Assembly (NCBI GenBank): GCA_950097015.1
Contig: CATNEN010000038.1
Span: forward strand, 30,814,001-30,878,000
Length of the DNA: 64,000 nt
Reading direction: 5' to 3'
Source: Macrostomum hystrix
Lineage: Eukaryota; Animalia; Platyhelminthes
Shown: piece after piece, positions 50,067 through 59,535 of the stretch
Layout of the letters: each line of letters opens with the position of its first letter
Numbering within the stretch: position 1 is the stretch's first letter
Position numbers and translations under genes: made by a program
The notes under the pieces: generated by a model
What the model was told of the DNA's origin: nothing
The model's database searches: none
What the model saw: the letters and a program-made list of their open reading frames with translations, nothing else

Positions 50067-50594
50067 CTTGTATTCTTTTGGGGCTGTGCATTTTTAGTTT
50101 ACCCTGTCACCGAGCAACCAGCAGGTTAAAAATAGCGGCTGGGTAGAGTTTGACAAGTACACTTGTAAGATTCCAAAAATAGTCTTTCAATACGAATTCA
50201 CTTCGTATTTTATCGTGTCTTCACTATAGAACAACACAAAATGCGTATATGTGAAACCCTAACCTTAACGAAGGTTGGCTCTTCCTAATCTGCGGCCAAC
50301 CCCACTTCCATATTAGAATCGGATGCAATGCGATTCTAATCTTTTCTTTTATTTGATATCTAACAATGATACGGGTGGCAATAGAGCCACAATGGCTATA
50401 TAATTTTTTTCAAAACAGTTCAATATAGGGATTTCTTGTCGTCTAAAAATAAACACAAATTTTAATATCGAGTGACTCAACTGGCTTAAAGTGAAAAAGT
50501 TCACTTAGTAATTTTGGTGATAACAATTGTCTACTGTTAATTTACTTTGATAAGCTGCATGTGTACTTAATGCCAAGGCCTATTTTAACCTTTT

Positions 50595-50912
50595 CTAATT
50601 TCTAATCTCAGTGTCTAATCTCAACGTCTAATCCTCAGTGTCTAATCCTCGGTGTCTAATCCTCAGTGTCTAATCTCAGTGTCTAATCACACTGCCCAAT
50701 CTCAGTGTCTATTCTCAGTGTCTATAATCTCAGTGTCTAATCTCAACGTCTAATCCTCAGTGTCTAATCCTCAGTGTCTAATCTCAGTGTCTAATCTCAG
50801 TGTCTAATCCTCAGTGTCTAATCTCAGTGTCTAATCTCAGTGTCTAATCTCAGTGTCTAATCCTCAGTGTCTAATCTCAGTGTCTAATCTCAGTGTCTAA
50901 TCTAGTGTCTAA
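50595..50912. repeat. 13-14-bp minisatellite (TCTAATCTCAGTG)n
   Basis: Tandem copies visible. Confidence 0.93.
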
Positions 50913-51610
50913 TAGAATACGAGTAGATTAAAGTGTCGCTTTAATTATGCATCTATTTAAGCAGTGTTGACGTACTTAATAAACTGCTAATCTCTATGTA
51001 ATATTATCTTACAATACATTCATTCCTACAGAATGAATAACAGATTCACATATAAACTGCTTACGTAAAACTATAGACTCGAAAGATGCTATAGACAGAA
51101 TTAGAAATTATAAAAATAGATTTTATCTCAAAATAAATTTAAATCATTCAGTGAAAGCACATTGCGCGAAGGCTGTAATATAGTTATTCTCATAATAATT
51201 ATTCCCGAATGCATTGTGCTACGCTAGCAATTAACTTTCACATCTATAAAGTTGATAAGAGAGAAAGAAATAAAATCTATTTTTAGATTGGTTTTACGTC
51301 AAACTGCGCAATGGTTTCGGGAAGCAAAGTGGTCGACTACAATGCACTCTCTGTCTCTCATTTCTGAATTCTTCTGTGACAGCTCGTTGTTACCTAGGGT
51401 AAGGCAGTGCACAAGGGTCGATAAGCCTGGCTTTTATATCGCATCGGACGACCCTTGAACTATAGGCTACAACGACTGCCGCGTTTGGCTCTGTGCTAAA
51501 GTTGTTCTAAATATAGATTCATTTGCGTAATTCAACCGAGTGCTAAGTGAGGGTAATAATAATATTCTTATTATATGACATCTATATTATATTATTATAT
51601 GGCAACTCAA

Positions 51611-51926
51611 GAGGTTGTAGCCTAATGGTTAGGGCGTCGGACTCACGACTTGAAGGTCGGGGGTTCGATTCCCGACTCCACTGGAACAATTTGCGTCCTT
51701 TAGCAAGACACTTAACTCTGCATTGCTTCAGTTCACCCAGCTGCTAAATGGGTACCAGCATCAGCTGGGATAATTGAAGGTGGGTGTGGCGTCCCCCCAG
51801 TCCGTGGACTGAACAGCTGTACGCAGCCTTCAGATGCGCCGCGCGCATTAGCTGCGGCTGTGCTGTCGGCTGCACATCTGACCCAATTGGGGCAGGTGTA
51901 ATAAAAAAAGATAATAATAATAATAA
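51611..51926 (+). mobile_element. SINE family A, full length: tRNA-derived head, CORE-like central domain, (TAA)n tail
   Basis: A box TAGCCTAATGG, B box GGTTCGATTCC; GCAAGACACTTAAC...TGCTTCAGTT...CTGCTAAATGGG resembles the CORE-SINE domain; further copies at 54925, 62717 and 63415. Confidence 0.88.
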
Positions 51927-52240
51927 TTGCAGGGGGGCTGTGGGCAATGGCACATCATTCGGTGACAGTAGATTTGCAGCCAGCGAGGAGGCAATTCTGT
52001 CAATTCCGCTGGCTCCTGAGCACACACGCACACAGGTGTGTACATCTGCCCTGACTTTCAGGCAGTGTACACTCTCACTGTGCCATTGAGGTTGGCCCTT
52101 AAGGGCGTAAATTGCACGACAAGCCCTCAAGCCTTCTCTCCGCGGCTGCGACCCAATTTAATGTGGCCTCGCCACGGAATCGAGCCCAGGGACCTTGGGG
52201 CGAGAACCAAACGCGTAAGGCCGCTCTGCCACTCACCCCC
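51927..52240 (-). mobile_element. SINE family B, full length, tail-to-tail with SINE A
   Basis: Reverse strand begins GGGGTGAGTGGCAGAGCGG (A box) ... GGCTCGATTCC (B box); matches 16260-16570. Confidence 0.85.
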
Positions 52241-53070
52241 AAGGGTGGGCTTCACTAAGCTGTCTGCTTGCAAATTTTTATTAACCTCATTGTGCATTTC
52301 TCACTCTTAATGGTGTTTTCTGCTTTTATCGTTTTTTTTACTTTAATGTGTAATAATCCTTATAAGGGAATTAAAACCAGTGACAAGTCGTGGTAGGCTT
52401 TAGTTTGAGTTGAGGCTCAGCTTAAGAACCTATTTTTAGTTTAGCAAAGGGTTTCGGAGTTTTCTGTACTAATGTACAGTTAATGTACATATAATTTATG
52501 GTTGCTGACGTTGGTTAAGACTAAATTTAACTCTTCTAGAGTCTAGCCGATATTTTCAAAATGAAACAACAAATTTGTTTATTTAACCATATTTACCATT
52601 TTATTACGCGGGATGCTGAGACAGAACAGCGGCCAAATACATAGGCAAAAATTGAGTCACTGGGCTAGTTATAGGATTTCTAGAAAAAAAATTTAAAGTG
52701 ATTTTGAAACTGAGCGAAGATGTTCACTAGCTTCTAATGCAAAATTATATTTATTAGGGATTTTGGTTAATCCGCGATGAGGGATGAATGTCGGTGAAAT
52801 ATTTCAACGGTAGTGAGTGTTTGACTGTCTCGTCAAAATATAGATTCTGAAAAAAAAACAAATCACAAAATAATTTTTTTTATTGCAAATCTGATTCTTG
52901 GAAAGCACGGTTTACAAGAAACACGATTCAGGAAAGCTAAGATCCAGGAAAAATATAGTTTTGTAGAGGCAATCGAAAATTTTATCCAACGAGAACACGA
53001 TTCATCTAATGTATTCGATTCTCTAGAAGCTTGAAAAAATGACGAATACGCTCGTACCCGATTAAAAGTA

Positions 53071-54028
53071 CTTTAGAGCGTCCAAAAAGTTCTTAGACAC
53101 CCCTAATATCTCTGCACGTGTTCGACCGATTTTGATGAAAAATGACACTAGCATAAATTAATATGTAATAAATTCTGCGCTAAAGTTTTAACTTAGTCGG
53201 GTGAACAGAAAAAAAGTTATCGATCATGTACTAAAGAACCAACGAAATTAGCAACTCGATTTTAACGCAAAGCAAAACTTTTAAGTTAACGAGCAAACAG
53301 TTTCAGCTGACAAGTTCCTGAAGTTCATAAATCAGGTTACCAATCGTGCAAATTTTCAAAAACGTCTTCATTCCGTCGAATGCACTTATCATATACTTCT
53401 TCCGACCACATGCCCCTAGGAATCGCTCTGATCAGCACCTCAGCAGCCGCTTTCAGCTCGGGGAAGCTGGCGAACTGCTGGCCTCGCAGCTGCGCCTTGA
53501 CGTGCCCAAAAAGACCATAGCAGATGGTGCCAAATCAGGTGAGTAAGGTTGGATGCGACCACTGCTGGAATCCGAGGCTGGTGATGTGAGAGCGAGTGAG
53601 GGCTGCCGAATGCGGCCGGGCATTGTCGCAGTGTAGCAGGACGCCTTTGCGCACGATTCGCCGCCGTTGCAGCAGCTCCTGCCTCAGCCTCGCAAGCTCT
53701 TCACAAAACCGCTCGCTGTTCTGTGTCTGGCCCTGGCCGTACCATGTGAGCATGAGCTTCGTAACAGCGATTTTTCTGCTCCAGAGTCAGCAGTTTCGGC
53801 ACCCATCGAGAGACCATGTAGCTTAGACAGACCAAGATGTTCGTGCAGAATTTGGGAGACCGAGCTACGCGAAGTCTCGGCGGCATCGGCCAACTCATCA
53901 ATGGTGATGTGGCCGTTTTCACTGAATTTATTACATATTAATTTATGCTTGTGTCATTTTTCATCAAAATCGGTCGAACACATGCAGAGATGTTAGGGGT
54001 GTCTTAGAACTTTTTGGACACACTAAGG
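53071..54028 (-). mobile_element. Non-autonomous, internally deleted mariner element with ~107-bp TIRs and TA TSD
   Basis: 53071-53176 is inverted at 53924-54028; TA flanks at 53069-53070 and 54029-54030. Frameshifted transposase remnants: HTH (ELADAAETSRSSVSQILHEHLG), RWVPKLLT, LLHCDNARPH, PYSPDLAPS. Confidence 0.92.
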
Positions 54029-54924
54029 TAGAAATACCACGCAATTTTCCCGCTGGGAAAATACGTTAGTATTCGAAATATCCCGGCGCGCGGTCTTTCT
54101 ACTGCTAACGATAAGAATTACCAAAAACAGGGTGAAAAACCTGATCTCGTAAAATCATGATTCACTGAAAAATTTTGCGCAAAATATCTGTCGAGATAGA
54201 GTTTATTAAATTGTAATGACACAAGCCTAAACCAAAGCAATTTCCTACATAACCTTGCTACGCACCGACTTGAAATGTGAACTGAAATCCTTCAGCTCTC
54301 AAGATGTTTACAGCAATGAAACTGTTTGGAGTTGTTCGGCTTACACAATACAATGTGCTTCACTGCAAGCCTTTAGTTTAATTTAAGCAACACGTGAATT
54401 GAACCGCGCGTTAAGGTATATTTTTGTCTGAATTATATCCACCCTCCCTATCTATCTTACACTCTTTAGGTCTCAGCAGTAGAGTTTTGAAAAATTCCAT
54501 GCACTTTACTATTGGTGCACAGAAATCTCTCACACGTCAGCAAGCTTTTCGTTGCATGGCTAAGGTTTCCACAGTCAGCTACTAAGAGTAGAATTAGGAC
54601 ATTTTTAGCAATAATAGTAATAATAATTTTAGCATTTCGAGTGAAGGAAAATTCCAGAACAAAATAAAAATAGAATCTTAACGAACAATTATCATGTGAC
54701 CCAAAATTAAAATTCCCGAGTTTATAACTGATGCATGCCAAATGACACACAAGGCCAAAACATATTCGTCATCATACGTCAAGCATTTCGCAGCATTGTT
54801 TTGAATGCCATTCAGTTGAATTCTTGCTGTGACTCAACTTACAGACGTGCGACACAAATCGACCTTAAAGCGTCTCCATGGTTTGAATTGGTAATAAACG
54901 TGTTGTAGTAATCCAGTTTTCATC

Positions 54925-55060
54925 TGGGCGTCGCACCTAGTTATTCGAGTGCCGGACGATCGCGACTCGAAGGTCGGGGGTTCGATTCCTGACTGCACTA
55001 AAAAACTCGTTTTATTCCTCAAACTCTTTATTGCTTCAGCTCACCGTGTTGTCAAATAAG
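54925..55060 (+). mobile_element. Degenerate 5' fragment of SINE family A
   Basis: CGACTCGAAGGTCGGGGGTTCGATTCCTGACT...ATTGCTTCAGCTCACC matches family A. Confidence 0.7.
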
Positions 55061-55264
55061 TAAAAGTCAAATATTATTGACCAGAAATGACATCATCATA
55101 TATTATAATTTTATAAGTATGTACAAGTTTTTATTTTACCACAGCAGCGAAAATATCACATGACTATATATCGTGTCAAAGTGTTTTACAGCTACGGATT
55201 ACTGCGACAAGGATTTCGTAGTTCTGGATTATACCGGATAATCCATTTAGAAAAGAAACTAAAC

Positions 55265-56195
55265 CAGAGGTCGGCAAACTCCGGCCCGCGGGCCAGATGC
55301 GGCCCTCGAAACTCCCAAATCCGGCCCGTTCCGCTTTCCGACACCTACAGTATCCTGTTTAATCTTTCCCCTGTCTCATCTCCCCTGTGTGTCACCTCTC
55401 CGGTGTGTCACCTCTCCCGTGTCTCGTCTCTCCCGTGTCTTATCTCTCACGTGTCTTATATATCCCATGTCTCCATCTCTCCCGCGTCTCATCTCTCCCG
55501 TGTGTCATCTCTCCTGTGTCTCATCTCTCCTGTGTCTCATCTCTCCCATGTCTCATCTCTCCTGCGTCTCATCTCTCTTGTGTATCATCTCTCCCGTGTC
55601 TCATCTCTCCCGTGTCTCATCTCTCCTGCGTCTCATATCTCCCATGTCTCATCTCTCCTGCGTCTCATATCTCCCATGTCTCATCTCTCCTGCGTCTCAT
55701 ATCTCCCATGTCTCATCTCTCCTCTGTCTTATCTCTCCCGTGTCTCATCTCTCCCGTGTCTCATCTCTCCCGTGTCTCATCTCTCCCGTGTCTCATCTCC
55801 CCCGTGTCTCATCTCTCCCGTGTCTCATCTCTCCCGTGTCTCATCTCTCCCGTGTCTCATCTCTCCCGTGTCTCATCTCTCCCGTGTCTCATCTCTCCCG
55901 TGTCTCGTCTCTCCCGTGTCTCATCTCTCCCGTGTCTCGTCTCTCCCGTGTCTTATCTCTCACGTGTATTATATATCCCATGTCTCCATCTCTCCCGTGT
56001 CTCATCTCTCCCGTGTCTCATCTCTCCCGTGTCTCATCTCTCCCGTGTCTTATCTCTCCTGTGTATCATCTCTCCCGTGTCACATCTCTCCCTATCTCTG
56101 ATATATTTCTCTTATATTTTTACAGTCAATGCGGCCCGCTGTCGTCTTTTAGGTTCTCTTTTTCGCCCGCTAGCTAATAAGTTTGCCGACCCCTG
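55265..56195. mobile_element. Non-autonomous hAT-type element (MITE) with 16-bp TIRs and a perfect 8-bp TSD, filled by a minisatellite
   Basis: Ends CAGAGGTCGGCAAACT / AGTTTGCCGACCCCTG; AACTAAAC at 55257-55264 and 56196-56203; subterminal CGGCCC motifs as in hAT/Charlie-like elements. Confidence 0.93.
55365..56100. repeat. 16-bp minisatellite (CCCGTGTCTCATCTCT)n inside the hAT MITE
   Basis: About 45 copies. Confidence 0.95.
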
Positions 56196-56441
56196 AACTA
56201 AACGATTAAAATATAGGAAAGTTCCGGATTTTTGTGCGATTTGGTATAGCTTACAATTGTTTTGGACGAATGAAAAAAATATGTATATTTTATTGCTTCT
56301 ACTCGTAAGTAGTATTGCAAGTATTTGGTTGCAAAAACACATTCATTCAGAAGAATAATTTTTCAAGAAGCAATTCTGTAATCTAAAATTTTTTTTCTGC
56401 CAACACTCTTTTTTGAAATATTTTTAGTAATGCGGTCAAAA

Positions 56442-57276
56442 TATGGATGATGTACCGGTTTGAAAACCGCCTTTTATAAGAAAACCGGTCTTTAAAAACC
56501 GGTTTGTGTGCCAAGTTTTTAAAAAGCACTAAATAAGCATAGAAGATAGAACTTATATACAATCGTGAATTTTTTAAAGGTGTGTGTGCCGATTAATAAT
56601 AATAAAAGTTTCTTGGAATTCTTAATTTTTAATTTGTTATAGTTAGGTTTCGCGGAAATTGAATATCGCGCCAATTCAAATTTTCCGTGGACTTTCTTCG
56701 GAATCGTTCAGTAGCCAATGCGAACTAAAATAAAGACCCAATGCGAACTTAATATAAGTTGAGATTTAGTTCGGATCAGTTCGTAACTAATTCGCGAACT
56801 CTTAATTTTGCTGAATAATAACTTTAAACTTAATGATGCACTTGTAGCAATGATTGATTAATTTGATGATTTTGGCCAAGGCAAACTGGTCACAGTCTCA
56901 AAATGGCGGTACCCTGGGATGGTTAGATGAGAAACGGCGAACCCTTGATGTTTTTAGGTTTAGACTTAGATAGTTTTAGATTAGGCCCCAATTTAGATTT
57001 ATACTTCAAGTTCAACTTAGATTTAATTTCAAGTTTAATTTTAAGTTTAATGTTCAATTTGAAAGGACTTAGTGGCGCTGCCACCACGAAGCAAATTTTG
57101 TTACCAGTTATTTTTCTCCAAAGTGCAAAAATTGTGACTCTGTGAGACATAATTAAAATAGAAAGCCCATTAAAAACCGTCAAAAAACCGGACAAAAAGA
57201 ACGTTTTTTTAGAACCGGTTTTCCTGCTAAAAACCGTTTTTTTTAAAACCGGTTTTAAAACCGGTTGGCATCCCTA
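56442..57276. mobile_element. Degenerate hAT/Ac-like MITE
   Basis: Right end reads TAGGGATGCCAACCGG on the minus strand; left end TATGGATG..TACCGG; clustered AAACCGG subterminal motifs at both ends; no TSD recovered. Confidence 0.6.
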
Positions 57277-57849
57277 TTTCTCACGTGTCGATTAGCAGAA
57301 AGCAGGGTGGATATTTCAGGTTACCGCAATGGTTCTTTTTTTCTTTACCTCCAAAAATATTCAACCGAGCAAGAAAGTACAGTAGTATTTGTATAGATGT
57401 ACATTTGAACTCTTAGCAAGCAATAATTCTTATATATTCGCTAACTAAAGGGCTTGGCATGAAAAAAAAGAGTGATGAGACCAGCATTTTATTTTGTCGA
57501 TTGTCTATTTTTCTGTTCTGTTAGCAAACTGCGAGCTAGAAGAGAGAGTAAAGAAAACTGTTTAAGTAGGACATTGCCAACCAATCTGCAATTATAAAAA
57601 ATAGCAATTGACCCACAAAACCGAGTTGGCTTGAAAAAAATTAATTTCTCACCGTCTTTTGTGAGTTGGGCTAAAGTATACCTCTCTTAGAGAATAACTT
57701 TTCAGACAAGGTAGAAAAAAAAGCTAATTAAATTTTCGAGCCGAAAAGATAGACAAAGTGAGGACAGCACCTCAAACCTAGGCACTTTCACGGCAAAGAA
57801 CAAATGCAGATTTCATTAAATTTGCTATATTTCGAATATTCTATATTTT

Positions 57850-58075
57850 ACAGAGACAGAGACAGAGAGACAGACAGACAGAGAGAGACAGAGAGAGAGA
57901 GACAGAGAGAGAGACAGACAGAGGGAGTGAGAGACAGAGAGACAGGGAGAGACAGACAGAGTGTGACAGAGAGAGACTGAGAGACAGAGAGAGACAGAGA
58001 GAGACAGAGAGAGAGACAGAGAGAGAGAGACAGAGAGAGAGACAGAGAGAGAGACAGAGAGAGAGAGACAGAGAG

Positions 58076-58106
<31 letters not shown>

Positions 58107-58490
58107 GAGACAGAGAGAGAGACAGACAGAGGGAGTGAGAGACAGAGAGACAGGGAGAGACAGACAGAGTGTGACAGAGAGAGACTGAGAGACAGAGAGA
58201 GACAGAGAGAGAGACAGAGAGAGAGAGACAGAGAGAGAGAGACAGACAGAGAGAGACAGACAGAGAGAGACAGACAGAGAGACTGGGAGAGACAGACAGA
58301 GTGTGACAGAGAGAGACTGAGAGACTGAGAGAGACAGAGAGAGAGACAGCGACACAGAGACATAGAGACAGGGAGAGACAGAGAGAGAGAGACAGAGAGA
58401 GACAGAGAGATAGACAGAGATCGACAGAGAGACAGAGAGAGACAGAGAGAGAGACAGAGATAGACAGAGAGAGACAGAGAGAGACAGAGT
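57850..58490. repeat. (GA)n/(GACA)n compound microsatellite; shorter related tract at 58990-59145
   Basis: Directly visible. Confidence 0.95.
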
Positions 58491-58540
58491 GAGACTTGTA
58501 GTTGGTGATACTACTACAAGTCTGTCTGTCTCACCAAGGG

Positions 58541-59371
58541 CTATCGGGACTCGATCATTGAGGAGGCTTCCGAGGCGGAGATGCCTTCTACCGAGCGTGA
58601 AGCTAACAAGCAATCCCCTTTATCGACAACCTCGTCGGCCGCCTCTTCGGCACCCGTACCGACGGCCCCGTCGGCGGCAACATCGACACTCACACCGGCG
58701 ACTCCGGCGGCGACTTCGCCGACGGCTTCGTCGACAACAGCACCGGCGGCTTCATCGGCGACTTCGTCGGCGACTTCATCGGCGGTTTCGTCGGCGCCTG
58801 CGCCGGCGGCTCCGTCGGCGGCTTCGTCGGCACCCGCGCCGGCGACTTCGTCGGCGGCTTCGTCGGCGTCCGCGCCGGTGACTTTGTCGGCGACCTCGTC
58901 GGCGGCTTCGTCAGCGTCTTCGTCGGTGGCTGTGTCGGCGACTTTTCTGATTATCTGAAGAAAAATATGAGTATATATGTTTTGTTCTCGATAGACAGAG
59001 AGACAGAGAGACAGAGAGACACAGAGAGACAGAGAGACAGAGAGAGACTGAGAGAGAGATAAGAAGACAGAGAGAGACTGAGAGAGAGATAAGAAGACAG
59101 TGAGAGACTGAGAGACAGAGAGAGACAGAGGCAGAGAGACAGACTGAATAATACAATTCAAAGACAGAAGGAGAACGCAGACCATCTCAAAACAGAAGTC
59201 AGTATAGCTACACGAGCAGAAATACCTAAGGCATTCAGCAACCCCACCTGTGAGTCTGCGGCTAGTGCACCCAGCAACGGGCCATAACAAAGCTACTGGG
59301 TCAAAAATTTTGCAGGTACGCGCTACACAATCAGCATAATTGTCCAGCACGGCGTACAAAATTGCACACAC
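58541..59371 (-). other. Possible two-exon fragment encoding a Cys-rich segment plus an acidic Ala/Asp/Glu repeat; strand and coding status uncertain
   Basis: GC-rich 12-bp-periodic block 58630-58940 is open on both strands; strong minus-strand acceptor TTTTTCTTCAG at ~58955; weak donor near 59182. Confidence 0.3.
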
Positions 59372-59535
59372 ATAAGATAGACTCAGGGCTTGGCACTTCT
59401 TGCTTCTGTGTTTTTCTTTCTTTTGGCCTCCAGTCCGGCTTTATTTAGTGCGAATAATTATTCAAGGTAGATTTTTTACACAATTGGCGGCATTGTAAGA
59501 AAAAAATACATAACTTCTGTTTGAGCCTCTAGTTC

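Noticed and set aside
51611-51682. tRNA gene (CAC anticodon-like loop), also at 62717 and 63415
   Set aside because: Stems are imperfect and each copy continues into the same ~250-bp body and tail, so these are SINE heads.
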